Of a stretch of DNA of 64,000 nt, positions 18,734 through 38,533 are shown in pieces. Within the stretch, counting starts at the first letter, position 1, and the number at the start of each line of letters is the position of its first letter. Source of the stretch: Corallococcus coralloides (GTDB lineage: Bacteria > Myxococcota > Myxococcia > Myxococcales > Myxococcaceae). The notes under the pieces were generated by a model. It had not been told where the DNA came from. It searched no databases and was given only the letters and a program-made list of their open reading frames with translations. The position numbers were made by a program, and so were the translations under genes. The DNA is taken from assembly GCF_004104415.1 (NCBI RefSeq), contig NZ_CP034669.1. One strand, written 5' to 3'.

Positions 18734-19120
18734 TCAACGCGCCGCGGGGGGCGGAAGCTTCCCGGACAGCACCAGGAACAGCCCCGCTCCCAGGAGCAGG
18801 ACCGCCAGCAGCACGGCCAGGATGACGTACGCCCGCTTGCGCCGCGCCATCTCGAGCTGCGCCGGCGAAGGCGCGGGCACCGCCCGGTCCACCTCCTCGT
18901 AGCGCAGCGCCGCTTCCTCCGGCGACAGGCCGATGACCTGCGCGTACGCGCGGATGTAGTTCAGCACGAACACGCGCTCGGGCAGCCGCTCCACCTGCCC
19001 CGCCTCCAGCGCCGCGACGAGGCTGGGAGGAATCTTCGTCTCCCGGGAGACGTCCTCGCGCGACAGGCCGCGAAGCTCGCGCTGCTGGCTGAGGTATTTG
19101 CCGAAGTCGACGTGGTCCAC
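18734..19120 (-). CDS. HTH (XRE-like) domain protein with C-terminal TM anchor, RodZ-like N-terminal module
   Basis: 128 aa; HTH-like LSQQRELRGLSREDVSRETKIP, then TM AYVILAVLLAVLLLGAGLFLVL. Confidence 0.55.
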   Translation of the reverse strand: MDHVDFGKYLSQQRELRGLSREDVSRETKIPPSLVAALEAGQVERLPERVFVLNYIRAYAQVIGLSPEEAALRYEEVDRAVPAPSPAQLEMARRKRAYVILAVLLAVLLLGAGLFLVLSGKLPPPAAR

Positions 19121-19141
19121 GGTCTTTCGGGGCCCCCGCGG

Positions 19142-19900
19142 CTAGAGGTGGTCCAGCAGTGAGCGGCAGTCGTCCTTGAGCACCTGCTCGTTGGGCTGGG
19201 CCTTGGCCTCGCAGCCCGCGAACGCCTTCTTCGCCTCCTCCACCCGCCCGAGCTTCGCCTGGCACACGCCTTCGCGGCGATACGCATCCGCCACGTCCGG
19301 GCACTTCTCACGGTAGTTCCCGAACTGCCGGCACGCCTCCTCCGTCTTGCCCGTCTCGTCGTAGATGATGCCCAGGTTCTTGTAGCCCAGGCAGAAGTCC
19401 GGGTTGGTGGTGACGGCGGACTTGATGTTCTGCAGCGCGTTCGCCGTGTCGCCCTTCTTGTAGAGCGCCCAGCCCAGGTTCCCCTGCGCGGAGTAGCCGT
19501 GGCGGTACTGCATGTCGTTGAGCGACTCTTCGTACAGCTTGATGGCCTCGTCGTAGCGGCCCTGATCCAGGCGCAGGTTGCCCAGGTTGGTGCGCGCGTC
19601 GGAGAAGGACGGCCGCAGCTCCAGCGCCTTCTCGTAGTGGGACGACGCCTCGTCGAGCCGCCGGAAGGACAGGTGCAGCAGCACGCCCACCGCGTTGTGG
19701 GCCTCCGGGTTGCCCGGGTTCTGCTCCAGCGCCTTCTGGTACTCCTGGAGCGCGTCCTGCACGTGGCCGTGCTGCTGCGCCTGGATGCCCAGGTCGTAGT
19801 GGATCTCCGAGCTCTGGCGCTCCTTCTCCGTGGGGACGTGCGCACAGCCCGCCGACGCGAGCGCGAACGCGAGGAAGCAGGAGGAAGTGATGCGGGACAT
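19142..19900 (-). CDS. TPR-repeat lipoprotein
   Basis: Track ORF extends to 20494 with Arg-rich junk; ATG at 19898-19900 (checked) gives MSRITSSCFLAFALASAGC (lipobox) followed by about 5 TPR units. Confidence 0.75.
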   Translation of the reverse strand: MSRITSSCFLAFALASAGCAHVPTEKERQSSEIHYDLGIQAQQHGHVQDALQEYQKALEQNPGNPEAHNAVGVLLHLSFRRLDEASSHYEKALELRPSFSDARTNLGNLRLDQGRYDEAIKLYEESLNDMQYRHGYSAQGNLGWALYKKGDTANALQNIKSAVTTNPDFCLGYKNLGIIYDETGKTEEACRQFGNYREKCPDVADAYRREGVCQAKLGRVEEAKKAFAGCEAKAQPNEQVLKDDCRSLLDHL

Positions 19901-19923
19901 GGGTGCCAATCCAGGGTGGAGGG

Positions 19924-20388
19924 TCAGAACGCGGCCAGGAAGCGGCCCAGGGTGGTGGCGACGTTGCGCTTCTCTTCGGCGCGGGCCTTCACGGCGGGCA
20001 CGAGCGTGGGCTCCCGGAAGAACACGGGCAGCGTCTTCAGCCACTCGTCCTGCTGCGCGGGGGCCGCGGCGCGCCAGTTCGCGTTGTCCATCATGAAGCC
20101 CAGCGACTCCACGAACGCGAGCGCGTCGTCCTCGTCCTCGCGCAGCTCCTCCGCGGACTGGATGCGCCGGCCGGACACGTACACCGCGCAGTCCCCCGCC
20201 TCCACCAGGTACAGGTACACGAAGACGCCCGCGCCCTGCCCGCCGCGCAGCCCCACCACGAAGGCCTGCGCGGGCCCGGCCTGCTTGCCGGGAATGGCCA
20301 CGTGCGGCGTGTTGAGGGACAGGTGCAGCGCGAGCACCTGGTCGCGGTTGGCGGGGAGGCCCCGGTAGCGCTCGTCGATGGTGAACAC
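19924..20388 (-). CDS. Hypothetical protein
   Basis: 154 aa ORF co-oriented and tightly spaced in minus-strand array; no recognisable motif. Confidence 0.45.
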   Translation of the reverse strand: MFTIDERYRGLPANRDQVLALHLSLNTPHVAIPGKQAGPAQAFVVGLRGGQGAGVFVYLYLVEAGDCAVYVSGRRIQSAEELREDEDDALAFVESLGFMMDNANWRAAAPAQQDEWLKTLPVFFREPTLVPAVKARAEEKRNVATTLGRFLAAF

Positions 20389-20411
20389 CGTCGTCTCCCT
20401 TCCCGCGCACC

Positions 20412-21095
20412 CTAACGGGTGGTGAGCGTGAACTCCTCGGTCGCGTCCTGCACGTCCGCAGCCGTCTTCTGGAAGCGGATGAGGGGCGTGTCAATCATCA
20501 CGTTGCCGCCGCCCTCGTTCCCCTCGCCGATGATCACCTTGAAGACGTTCCCGGGCGACGTGCTGCGGCGGCTGCCCGTGTTCTGCTTGCGGGCAATCAG
20601 CGTCACCGCGTTCGCGCCGGGACGCAACTGGCTGGTGATGTCCACCACCACCTGGTCCTCGTTGTTGCGCAAACGGCGCAGCCAGCGCGAGTTCACGTAC
20701 ACGTCGATGTCGAAGTCCGTCATGCCCGGCGTCGTCTGCTCCGTCACCAGCCAGTAGCGCTTGGAGATGCGTCCCGGCACGGCCGGGGAAGCCGCGGGAG
20801 CGGCCGGCGCGGGAGCCTGCGCGACGCCCCCCGCGTCCACCGGCGCGGCTGCCGGAGGCGTGGCGGTGGAGGGCGTCGCGGGCGTGGGCGTCACGTTCGT
20901 CACGCGGGCGGCGTACCCCGGCGCGTCGATGTGGACGTTCCCCTCCGCGTCGATGCGGACGGTGGCCTTCTCGAAGCGCGTGTTCGTCACTCCGTCGATC
21001 TTCACTCCGTTCAGGAAGACCGAGCCGGCCAGGGCCAGCATGGGGACGAGCGAGGCCGCGACGGTGATGGCAATGCGGGCGGACGGACGGGGCAT
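20412..21095 (-). CDS. Hypothetical secreted protein (signal peptide, Pro/Ala/Thr-rich linker)
   Basis: 227 aa; signal-like IAITVAASLVPMLALAGSVF; PAT-rich linker; no catalytic motif recognised. Confidence 0.5.
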   Translation of the reverse strand: MPRPSARIAITVAASLVPMLALAGSVFLNGVKIDGVTNTRFEKATVRIDAEGNVHIDAPGYAARVTNVTPTPATPSTATPPAAAPVDAGGVAQAPAPAAPAASPAVPGRISKRYWLVTEQTTPGMTDFDIDVYVNSRWLRRLRNNEDQVVVDITSQLRPGANAVTLIARKQNTGSRRSTSPGNVFKVIIGEGNEGGGNVMIDTPLIRFQKTAADVQDATEEFTLTTR

Positions 21096-21256
21096 GGGGG
21101 CATTCCTCCTCAGGAATCCTCAACAGTCCCGGGAGCTTGCGAACGACTTAGCGCACCCGGGGGAGCGGGACAAGGCGGGGACGGCCCTCCTTGGAGCGCT
21201 CCGCCGCCCCGAACATTCACCGGGGGGCCCGTCTTCCAGTCCGGCCGCGAACGCCG

Positions 21257-22018
21257 TCAGGGCGCCGCGGTCGGCGGCTCGTCGGGCGCCGGTGGCGGCA
21301 GCTCGCGCTGCGCGAGCGCCCAGTCCCCGCCCAGGCCGTGGCCCTCGCGGAAGCGGCGGAAGTCGCGCCGCACGAGCCGGGGGTAGCGGCGGAACTTCTC
21401 CAGCTCCCCGGCCTTCATGGCGTCCCGGATGCGCGTGGGGCCGGCGTTGTAGGCCATCAGCGCCATGTCCAGGTCGCCGCCGAAGCGGCCCTGCAGGTTG
21501 CGCAGGTAGCGGATGCCCAGGCGCACGCAGACGGCGGGATCCGCTACCACCTCCTCGCGCGACAGCCTCAGGCCCTCCTTCTCCGCCAGGAAGTGCAGCG
21601 TGCTGGGCTTGATCTGCATCAGGCCCCGGGCGCCCTTCTCTGAGACGGACTCCTCCTCGAAGTCGGACTCCACGTCGATGAGGGCCAGCACCAGCAGCGG
21701 GTCATACCCCGTGCGGCGGGACTCCTCGTCGATGGCCTGCCCCAGCCGCCGGCGCAGCGTGAGCCCCAGGTCCGGGGCGCGCTTGGCCAGCACGGCGTCG
21801 ATGAGGGCCGCCTCCTCGGAGACGACCTCCTGCGCCACCACCTCGGGGACCATGGGCTGGGGGGCGGACTCCTCCAGGAGGGGCACCACCCGAGCGGACA
21901 CCACGAGCGCCACGCCCGCGAGCAGCGGGAGCCGGGAGCACCCGCTGCTCAGGGCATGCAGCCCCGCGAAGAACCGCGTTCCCAACGACCTGCCGCCCGA
22001 GGCGGCGGGTCCTCTCAC
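21257..22018 (-). CDS. Lytic transglycosylase (SLT domain) family protein
   Basis: SLT motifs ESDFEEESVSEKGARGLMQI and MAYNAGP. Confidence 0.75.
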   Translation of the reverse strand: MRGPAASGGRSLGTRFFAGLHALSSGCSRLPLLAGVALVVSARVVPLLEESAPQPMVPEVVAQEVVSEEAALIDAVLAKRAPDLGLTLRRRLGQAIDEESRRTGYDPLLVLALIDVESDFEEESVSEKGARGLMQIKPSTLHFLAEKEGLRLSREEVVADPAVCVRLGIRYLRNLQGRFGGDLDMALMAYNAGPTRIRDAMKAGELEKFRRYPRLVRRDFRRFREGHGLGGDWALAQRELPPPAPDEPPTAAP

Positions 22019-22365
22019 TTCCGGTGCTCCAGGGCCTGGATGCGTTCGTTCAGACGCTCCAGGCGGGCACCGAACGCCTGCAGCTCCTCGCGGCGCGGCA
22101 GCTTCAGGAGGCTCAGGGCCGTGCGGACCCGCTCCTCCACGTTGTGCTCCAGGTCCTTGCGGTGCCCCGTCAGCCGCTCCGCGAACTCACGGGCCTGGCG
22201 CTTCACCTCGTCCTGGCTCCAGCCCGCGACGGACGCCACGCGCTGCACGGCGCGGGAAGCCTCCTCCTCCGCCGTGTTCACCGCCAGGAGCGCCTGGCTC
22301 CAGATCCGCTCGAATGCCTCCGCCACGGAGGTCTTCTCTCGGGGGGCCTCGGTGTTGTTGTCCAT
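22015..22365 (-). CDS. Hypothetical coiled-coil protein (phasin-like)
   Basis: Track ORF to 22419; likely start MDNNTEA. Helical, charged; resembles PHA-granule phasin-like small proteins. Weak. Confidence 0.4.
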   Translation of the reverse strand: MDNNTEAPREKTSVAEAFERIWSQALLAVNTAEEEASRAVQRVASVAGWSQDEVKRQAREFAERLTGHRKDLEHNVEERVRTALSLLKLPRREELQAFGARLERLNERIQALEHRK

Positions 22366-22469
22366 GAAGTCGCTCCGGGAGTTACCCCGGGCCCTTCCCG
22401 TGGAAGGAACCCTGGGCATTCAAAGGGGTTTGCGACCTAAGCACACCCCATGGGTGATGGAAACGCTGC

Positions 22470-22931
22470 TCAGGCCCGCGGAGAAGACGCCGCGCCGCCC
22501 GAATTCTTGGTCGACCGGTGGGCCCGGCGGGTGGGCTTCAGGAGCACATCCAGCTTCTTCGAAAGGCGGCTCAGCTCCCGGGTGATCTGCTCCACCTGGG
22601 ACTGGCTGGCAACTCCCACCGCCTCCACGACCTTCGTCTGGAGCCCATCCAACCGCTTGCGCAGCTCCACGCCCGCGGCGTCCACCTTCTTGCCCAGCTC
22701 CTGCACGCGAGGGTCGGCGCGCAGCTCACCGGCCTGGGCCTTCGTCCACAGCTCCTGGACCTCCTTCGCCGCCACCTGGCCCCGCGTCTCCAGCGCACGG
22801 AAGGCCTTGTTCGCCTCCCCTTCCAGGCCCTGGAACCGCTTCTGCGCCTCGGAGAACCGCCCCTTCAGGAAGGCCTCCACGTTCTGCGTCACGCCCGTCT
22901 TCGCGTCAGCCTTCTCAGTCGTCGTCGCCAT
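22470..22931 (-). CDS. Phasin-family-like coiled-coil protein
   Basis: ATG at 22929-22931 (MATTTEKADAKTG…); repetitive helical E/K/A/Q-rich sequence typical of phasins. Confidence 0.45.
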   Translation of the reverse strand: MATTTEKADAKTGVTQNVEAFLKGRFSEAQKRFQGLEGEANKAFRALETRGQVAAKEVQELWTKAQAGELRADPRVQELGKKVDAAGVELRKRLDGLQTKVVEAVGVASQSQVEQITRELSRLSKKLDVLLKPTRRAHRSTKNSGGAASSPRA

Positions 22932-23080
22932 GTCGCGCTCCCCCCCGGGTGTTCCGGGTCTCACAACGTGATGCGTCAAAATAACGCACCGCGACATGCT
23001 GTCAAGCGAACAGGCAACGGAGTGTGCAAAACGAGAAAGCCGCCGCCCCGGCATGACACCAGGGCGACGGCTGACTCAGG

Positions 23081-23099
23081 AAGCGTCAGGGACGCTTCT
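23081..23099 (-). terminator. Putative stem-loop downstream of rpoC (gaagcgtc-aggg-acgcttc)
   Basis: 7-bp perfect inverted repeat read in sequence immediately 3' of the rpoC stop; no clear U-tract, so may be a Rho-dependent or processing element. Confidence 0.3.
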
Positions 23100-23109
23100 T
23101 ACGCAAGCA

Positions 23110-27321
<4,212 letters not shown>

Positions 27322-27453
27322 GTTGCCTCCGAAAACTTATGAGCGCTCAGGGCGCCAAACGTTTCGGGCCCCCGCCCTGCGCCCGGCCAGCCGCTCCCTC
27401 CACGAGGAAGCAGCCAGCCGGTCAGGCGGGCGCACCGGCTTCTTTGAAAAGGC

Positions 27454-31680
<4,227 letters not shown>

Positions 31681-31769
31681 TCGGTCTCCGGGGACGGCTG
31701 CTCGGGCGGGGCAAACTTCAGTAACGCGCGGCGGCGCCGGGAAATTTGGCAAATGTCAAATGGGCAAAG

Positions 31770-31797
31770 CCGGCGCCCCAGCAAAGGGAGCGCCGGC
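31770..31797 (-). promoter_or_regulatory. Putative rplL-rpoB intergenic attenuator hairpin
   Basis: Imperfect 10-bp GC-rich inverted repeat (ccggcgcccc…ggagcgccgg) in the 180-nt rplL-rpoB spacer, followed on the transcript by a partly T-rich stretch; by analogy with the E. coli rplL-rpoB attenuator. Confidence 0.3.
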
Positions 31798-31861
31798 CTG
31801 CTCATCCGATCAGGCGGCTACCCGGGATTTCCCGGAAGAACAGGGTAGCCCCTGTACAGAA

Positions 31862-32233
31862 CTACTTGATCTCGACGGTGGCGCCAGCCGCGACGAGCTG
31901 GTCCTTGATCTTCTTGGCGTCGTCCTTGTTGACGCCTTCCTTGACCGTCTTGGGCGCGCCCTCGACCAGGTCCTTGGCCTCCTTCAGGCCCAGGCCGGTG
32001 ATCGCGCGGATCTCCTTGATGACGTTGATCTTGTTGGCGCCGGCGTTCGCCAGCACCACGTTGAACTCCGTCTTCTCCTCGACAGGAGCGGCGGCGGCGG
32101 CGGGGCCCGCGGCGGCAACGGCCACGGCGGCGGCGGAAACGCCCCACTTGTTCTCCAGCAGCTTCACGAGCTCGCCCGCCTCGAGGACGGTGAGCTTCGA
32201 GAGTTCTTCAGCAATCGCGTTCAAATCGGCCAT
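31862..32233 (-). CDS. rplL: 50S ribosomal protein L7/L12
   Basis: 123 aa; [27 protein letters not shown]…. Confidence 0.97.
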   Translation of the reverse strand: MADLNAIAEELSKLTVLEAGELVKLLENKWGVSAAAVAVAAAGPAAAAAPVEEKTEFNVVLANAGANKINVIKEIRAITGLGLKEAKDLVEGAPKTVKEGVNKDDAKKIKDQLVAAGATVEIK

Positions 32234-32322
32234 GGAACTGTTCCTTCTGGTTGACTAACGGCCGGCGACCCATTTAGGCGGCTCGGCCGAAGAGGTTGCG
32301 GTAGAAAAACTTCTCGGGACGA

Positions 32323-32844
32323 TTACTGACCCTGCGCCTTGTCCGCGTGCGCCTGGATGACGCGCGCGAGCTGCGACCCGGGGGCCGCGATGGTCCGGAC
32401 CAGCTTGCCTGCAGGCTGGTTGAGCATGCCGAGCAACATCCCGCGCAGCTCATTGAGGCCCGGCAGCTTCGCCAGTGCCTTCACGCCGTTGGCGTCGACC
32501 TTGTTACCGGCGACGACGGCGCTACGGACCTTGATGGTCTCCATGTCCTTGATGAAATCCATCAGGATCTTCGCAGGAGCCACCTCGTCGTCGTAGCTGA
32601 TGCACAGCGCCACGGGACCGGTGAAGTCATCCGAGATCGCGGAGACGGTCGTACCCTGAGCGGCACGGCGCGCCAGCGTGTTCTTGATGACCTTGTACTC
32701 GACCTTGCCCTCGCGGAACTTGCGACGCAGCTTGGTAACGGTCTCGACGTTCACCTTGGAGGACTCCACGAGCACCGCGGTCTTGGTCCGGGTGAACTTC
32801 TCGTGAAGCTCCTTGATCATTTCTTCCTTCTCGCTCTTCAGCAC
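32323..32844 (-). CDS. rplJ: 50S ribosomal protein L10
   Basis: 173 aa, conserved L10 sequence. Confidence 0.95.
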   Translation of the reverse strand: MLKSEKEEMIKELHEKFTRTKTAVLVESSKVNVETVTKLRRKFREGKVEYKVIKNTLARRAAQGTTVSAISDDFTGPVALCISYDDEVAPAKILMDFIKDMETIKVRSAVVAGNKVDANGVKALAKLPGLNELRGMLLGMLNQPAGKLVRTIAAPGSQLARVIQAHADKAQGQ

Positions 32845-33240
32845 CTTGACTCACCTCCTTCATGGCCCGACCTGACAGTCGGGCGTGATGCCTGGGCCAA
32901 AGTGGCAGAGCGAGAGAGGAGCCTCCGAGAGGCACCACACCGCACCTCCAGTCTCGGCAGGGCTGACCTTGCGGTCGTTTGAACCAGGAGCGGATGGACG
33001 GCCCGACCGGTTGCCCGGTTCCCAACGGACGCGTCTTCTCCCATCCAGGTCCCTGCTGTCATGAACCAGGTCGGAACGCCGCGTCTCACGACATGGCGCC
33101 CCAATTGCAAAAGCCGGGGGCCTATACCCCCGGCTTTCGCAAAGATCCAGCACTTTCTAACGGACCGACGTTCGCGGGCGACGGGACTGACGCTCCCCGT
33201 CAGGGAGCGCACCCTTCCCGGCCCGTCCTGACAGCCGCGA
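32845..33240 (-). promoter_or_regulatory. rplJ leader region (expected L10 autoregulatory leader plus internal promoter)
   Basis: Unusually long (about 396 nt) rplA-rplJ spacer in an otherwise tightly packed operon; the L10(L12)4-binding leader lies here in other bacteria. Structure not verified by eye. Confidence 0.35.
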
Positions 33241-33954
33241 TTAGCGGTGACGCGCCAGGATTTCCGTGGTGTCGAGCTTGATGCCCGGCCCCATGGTCGT
33301 CGAGATGGCGATGCCCTGCAGGTACACGCCCTTGGCGGTGGCCGGCTTGAGCTTCATCACCAGGTCCACCAGCGCGTTGAAGTTCGCCTCGAGCTTGTCC
33401 GCAGGGAAGGAGGCCTTGCCCATCTTCGCGTGGACGATGCCCGCCTTCTCAGCGCGGAAGTCGACCTTACCGCCCTTGGAGTCGCGGATGGCCTTGGCGA
33501 CGTCCATGGTCACCGTGCCGACCTTCGGGTTCGGCATGAGGCCACGGGGACCGAGCACCTTACCGAGGCGGCCGACGATACCCATCATGTCCGGCGTCGC
33601 GATGACGGTGTCGAAGTCGAGGAAGCCCTCCTCGATGCGCTTCTGGAGGTCCTCGGCGCCGACGATGTCCGCGCCGGCGTTGGCGGCCTCGGTGGCGCGC
33701 TCGCCCTTGGCGAACACGGCCACGCGCACGGTGGCGCCGGTGCCGTGCGGGAGCACCACGGCGCCACGGACCATCTGGTCCGCGTGCTTCGGGTCCACGC
33801 CCAGGTTGATGGCGACGTCGACCGTCTGGTCGTACTTCGTCGCGCGGGCATCCACCGTCTTCTTCAGCAGCGCGAAGCCCTCGGCGACGGCGTAGCGCTT
33901 GTTGCGGTCCACCAGCTCGTTGGACGCGCGGAACTTCTTTCCATTGGTAGCCAT
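33241..33954 (-). CDS. rplA: 50S ribosomal protein L1
   Basis: Track ORF begins at an upstream TTG; ATG at 33952-33954 (checked) gives [23 protein letters not shown]… conserved L1. Confidence 0.95.
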   Translation of the reverse strand: MATNGKKFRASNELVDRNKRYAVAEGFALLKKTVDARATKYDQTVDVAINLGVDPKHADQMVRGAVVLPHGTGATVRVAVFAKGERATEAANAGADIVGAEDLQKRIEEGFLDFDTVIATPDMMGIVGRLGKVLGPRGLMPNPKVGTVTMDVAKAIRDSKGGKVDFRAEKAGIVHAKMGKASFPADKLEANFNALVDLVMKLKPATAKGVYLQGIAISTTMGPGIKLDTTEILARHR

Positions 33955-33982
33955 GGCAGGAATCCTTGAGAGGTAGGGCGGG

Positions 33983-34429
33983 CTAGCCGACGACGTCGAT
34001 GCCCATGGAGCGCGCGGTGCCGGCAATGGTGTTCATGCAGGCTTCGAGGGACGCGGCGGTGGTGTCCTGGATCTTCTTGTTGGCGATCTCCTCGAGCTGC
34101 TTACGGGTGATCTGCCCCACCTTCTCCTTGCCCGGCTTCTTCGCGCCCGAACCCTTCTTCTTCTCCGTGTGGAGACCCGCGGCCTTCTTGATGAGGATCG
34201 CGGCGGGAGGGGTCTTCAGGATGAAGGTGAAGGAGCGGTCCTGATACACGGTGATGATCACCGGGATGATCAGCCCCTCCTTGGCCTCCGCCTGCGTCTT
34301 GGCGTTGAACTGCTTGCAGAACTCCATGATGTTCACGCCCTGCTGACCGAGCGCGGGACCAATCGGCGGGGCGGGGTTCGCCTTGCCGGCGGGGATCTGC
34401 AACTTGACCTGACCTGTGACCTTCTTCAT
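33983..34429 (-). CDS. rplK: 50S ribosomal protein L11
   Basis: 148 aa; …[31 protein letters not shown]. Confidence 0.97.
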   Translation of the reverse strand: MKKVTGQVKLQIPAGKANPAPPIGPALGQQGVNIMEFCKQFNAKTQAEAKEGLIIPVIITVYQDRSFTFILKTPPAAILIKKAAGLHTEKKKGSGAKKPGKEKVGQITRKQLEEIANKKIQDTTAASLEACMNTIAGTARSMGIDVVG

Positions 34430-34536
34430 CGGCGGACTGCTGCCTTTCGAGAGGGTGGTTCCGACGGGCCGCCAGACGGGGCGGCCCTCCCACCCGTTGA
34501 TCCGCGCCCGTCACCGGGCGCGGAAGAGCTGTGAAA

Positions 34537-35085
34537 CTAGCCGGTGGTCTTCTCCACCTGCATGAAGTCGAGCTCCACGGGGGTCGCACGACCGAAGATG
34601 CTGACGAGCACGCGCACGCGGCCCTTCTCCGGGTTGACCTCTTCCACGGTGCCATTGAAGTTGGCGAACGGACCGTCGATGACGCGCACCGTGTCGCTGG
34701 TCTCGAACTGGACCTTGGGCTTGGCCTTGTGGGCGCCCTCGGTGACCTGCGCGGTGAGGCGCTCGACCTCGCGGTCCGACATGGGCCGGGGCTGCTCGTT
34801 CTGGCCGACGCCCGGGAACCCCGTCACCTTGGAGGTGTTCTTCACCAGGTGGACGGTGGTGTCGCTGAGCTCCATCTGGACGAAGATGTAGCCCGGAAAC
34901 AGCTTGCGGCGGGTGGTCTTCTTCTCGCCGTTCACCATCTCCACGACCTGCTCCATGGGGATGAGGATCTCACCAATCAGATCCTGGTCCTGCAGGCCCT
35001 TGAGGCGCACCTGCTCTTCCAGGTTCTTCTTCGCCTGGTTCTCGTAGTTCGAGTAGGTCTGGACCGTGAACCATTTCTTCGCCAT
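34537..35085 (-). CDS. nusG: Transcription termination/antitermination factor NusG
   Basis: MAKKWFTVQTYSNYENQAKKNLEEQ… NGN and KOW domains; ATG overlaps secE stop by 1 nt. Confidence 0.95.
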   Translation of the reverse strand: MAKKWFTVQTYSNYENQAKKNLEEQVRLKGLQDQDLIGEILIPMEQVVEMVNGEKKTTRRKLFPGYIFVQMELSDTTVHLVKNTSKVTGFPGVGQNEQPRPMSDREVERLTAQVTEGAHKAKPKVQFETSDTVRVIDGPFANFNGTVEEVNPEKGRVRVLVSIFGRATPVELDFMQVEKTTG

Positions 35086-35528
35086 TACAGCTTCCCCCAC
35101 AGGGCAGGCAGCCACTCCACCATCAAGTTGTAGGCGACGGTGTCGATGCAGAAGAGCAGAACGGCCGCCACCAGCGAGGCGACGACCACGGCCATGGTCG
35201 ACGCACGGGTCTCCGACCAGGTAGGCCAGGTGACCTTCATCAATTCGGCCGCCACGTCGATGGAGAGGGCGTGCGTGCGAGGGTGGAAGTAGGTCGCCAG
35301 CACCAGGGCCAGGCCGGCCGCGTAGCCAGCGAGCGTCGACACGCGCCAGCCGAGGCCTTCGAAGAGCTCCACGTCGCTCCAGCCGAACCGGCTCCAGAGC
35401 AACCCGAAGACGTGCTCCAGGAAGAGGGCCAGGACGATGCCGAGGACGAGATAGAAGATGACCACGAGCCGCTTGGGGTCGATGCCCGAACGGTTAGCCT
35501 GCTGGCTGGCCTCAGATGCCGTCGCCAT
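35085..35528 (-). CDS. secE: Preprotein translocase subunit SecE
   Basis: 147 aa, three TM segments, conserved position between tRNA-Trp and nusG. Confidence 0.85.
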   Translation of the reverse strand: MATASEASQQANRSGIDPKRLVVIFYLVLGIVLALFLEHVFGLLWSRFGWSDVELFEGLGWRVSTLAGYAAGLALVLATYFHPRTHALSIDVAAELMKVTWPTWSETRASTMAVVVASLVAAVLLFCIDTVAYNLMVEWLPALWGKL

Positions 35529-35619
35529 GGTGCCTCACGAGGGACTGCGGAAGCGGGACTGCGAAAAGGCAGGGACCCCCGGCACCGCTCGGTACCGGGG
35601 GTCCCTGTACTGAAGCTGG

Positions 35620-35692
35620 CAGGCCAGGAGGGATTCGAACCCCCAACACGCGGATTTGGAGACCGCTGCTCTACCGTTGGAGCTACTGGCCT
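35620..35692 (-). tRNA. tRNA-Trp (CCA)
   Basis: Reverse complement AGGCCAGTAGCTCCAACGGTAGAGCAGCGGTCTCCAAATCCGC…GGTTCGAATCCC…; anticodon loop cuCCAaa. Confidence 0.85.
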
Positions 35693-35714
35693 AAATCTTC
35701 ATGAAACCGACGAC

Positions 35715-35879
35715 CTAGACCTTGCCTTCCTTGTGGTCCGTGTGCTTGCGGCAGCGAGGGCAGAACTTGCTCAGCTCGAGCTTGTCCTGGCTCTTCCGCT
35801 TGTTCTTCGTGGTCGTGTAGTTCCGCTCTTTGCACGTGGTGCACTCGAGCGAGATGATGGAGCGATTACCCTTAGGCAT
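35715..35879 (-). CDS. rpmG: 50S ribosomal protein L33
   Basis: Own translation: [54 protein letters not shown] (54 aa, Cys4 zinc ribbon); too short for the ORF track. Confidence 0.9.
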   Translation of the reverse strand: MPKGNRSIISLECTTCKERNYTTTKNKRKSQDKLELSKFCPRCRKHTDHKEGKV

Positions 35880-35973
35880 GGTTCATTTCACCAGATGCGA
35901 GAAGGGAAGGCTACAAAAGCAGCCCTCCCCTCCGCAACTCAGTGCCCGTGAAAGCCGGTCGGCGGGAAGCCGA

Positions 35974-37164
<1,191 letters not shown>

Positions 37165-37180
37165 GACACTCCTCGAAAAA

Positions 37181-37256
37181 TGGAGCCCTGAACCAGGATT
37201 GAACTGGTGACCTCATCCTTACCAAGGATGCGCTCTGCCAACTGAGCTATCAGGGC
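37181..37256 (-). tRNA. tRNA-Thr (GGT)
   Basis: Revcomp GCCCTGATAGCTCAGTTGGCAGAGCGCATCCTTGGTAAGGATG…TTCAATCCTGGTTCAGGGCTCCA; anticodon GGT; CCA encoded. Confidence 0.85.
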
Positions 37257-37277
37257 TTGGCGATTCACTACAACGGT

Positions 37278-37353
<76 letters not shown>

Positions 37354-37362
37354 ATTGCCGAG

Positions 37363-37446
37363 TGGAGAGAGGTGGATTCGAACCACCGTAGGCGTAGAGC
37401 CGGCAGATTTACAGTCTGCTCCCTTTGGCCGCTCGGGCATCTCTCC
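37363..37446 (-). tRNA. tRNA-Tyr (GTA)
   Basis: Revcomp GGAGAGATGCCCGAGCGGCCAAAGGGAGCAGACTGTAAATCTGCCGGCTCTACGCCTACGGTGGTTCGAATCCACCTCTCTCCACT; long variable arm. Confidence 0.85.
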
Positions 37447-37527
37447 AGATATTCGCTTGTGGTGCTGCGTGCTGCTCTCTACACCATCCTGCTGCGTCCC
37501 GGGCCCTTATCCGCGGCCCGTCCTACC

Positions 37528-37601
37528 TGGCCGGCGGCGGGATTTGAACCCGCGACCTACTGATTACAAATCAGTTGCTCTACCGACTGAGCTACACCGG
37601 C
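37528..37601 (-). tRNA. tRNA-Thr (TGT)
   Basis: Revcomp GCCGGTGTAGCTCAGTCGGTAGAGCAACTGATTTGTAATCAGTAGGTCGCGGGTTCAAATCCCGCCGCCGGCCA. Confidence 0.85.
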
Positions 37602-37727
37602 ATCCATCCAGCAACTGCCCCGCCCTACCTCATCCCGAGCGGACCGTCAACCTCTCGGCAGCGGCTTGAGAGGCGCGACCTTTTAAAAGCCCCCACTCTC
37701 CAAGTCAAGGAGATTGATCCGGAGTCG

Positions 37728-38528
37728 TCAGCGGGAAGGACGGCCCCGCTGACGGGCGACCTCGTATAGCAGAATCGCGGCGGAAACCGACGCATTCAAT
37801 GAACCGACCTGACCGCCCATGGGAATCCGGAGGCGGAAGTCGCAGTGCTTGAGGACGCCTTCCCTCACGCCCGCCCCCTCGGCCCCCACCACCAACGCCA
37901 GGGGCCCGTCCAGACGGGCGCTCCACAGAGGCTCGGCGCCCTCCACGTCCGCGGCCGCGACCCAGAGGCCCGCTTCCTTCAGCTGCTCCAAGGCGCGGGA
38001 GATGTTGGTGACGCGCGCGATCGGGCAGTACTCGACGGCGCCCGCGGAGGCCTTGGCCACCGTGCCCGTCACCTGCACGGCGCGGTCCTTGGCCAGGACG
38101 ACGCCGTGGGCCCCGAGCGCGTGGGCCGAGCGGATGATGGCGCCCAGGTTGTGCGGATCCTGGATGCCGTCGAGCACGACGACGAGCGCGGGCTGCTTCC
38201 TGGCCTTCGCCGCGTCCAGCACGTCCTCCAGCTCGACGTACTGGAAGCCGCGCAGCTCGGCGACGACGCCCTGGTGCACGCCGCCCTCGGCCATGGACGT
38301 CAGCCGCTCGCGGCCGACCTTCTCCACCCGGACGCCCGCGTCACGCGCGCGGCTGAGCAGCTCGCCCGCGGCCTTGGCGCCGACCTGCCCGTCGACGATG
38401 AAGAGGCGCTCCACCGCGTCGGGATGGGCCCGCAGGGCCTCCAGCACGGGGTTGACGCCATGGACGTAGCGCGGGGCTTCGTGGCCGCCGCGTTCACCAC
38501 TGGAAGGCTTGGGGGAGCGCTCGCGCAT
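37728..38528 (-). CDS. rlmB: 23S rRNA (guanosine-2'-O)-methyltransferase RlmB (SpoU/TrmH family)
   Basis: 266 aa; SpoU motifs LDGIQDPHNLGAIIRSA, LVVGAEGAGV, IPMGGQVGSLNASVSAAILLYE. Confidence 0.85.
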   Translation of the reverse strand: MRERSPKPSSGERGGHEAPRYVHGVNPVLEALRAHPDAVERLFIVDGQVGAKAAGELLSRARDAGVRVEKVGRERLTSMAEGGVHQGVVAELRGFQYVELEDVLDAAKARKQPALVVVLDGIQDPHNLGAIIRSAHALGAHGVVLAKDRAVQVTGTVAKASAGAVEYCPIARVTNISRALEQLKEAGLWVAAADVEGAEPLWSARLDGPLALVVGAEGAGVREGVLKHCDFRLRIPMGGQVGSLNASVSAAILLYEVARQRGRPSR

Positions 38529-38533
38529 GGGGG

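Noticed and set aside
35882-35973. Possible terminator between tuf and rpmG
   Set aside because: No convincing GC hairpin with U-tract could be identified by eye in this 92-nt spacer.
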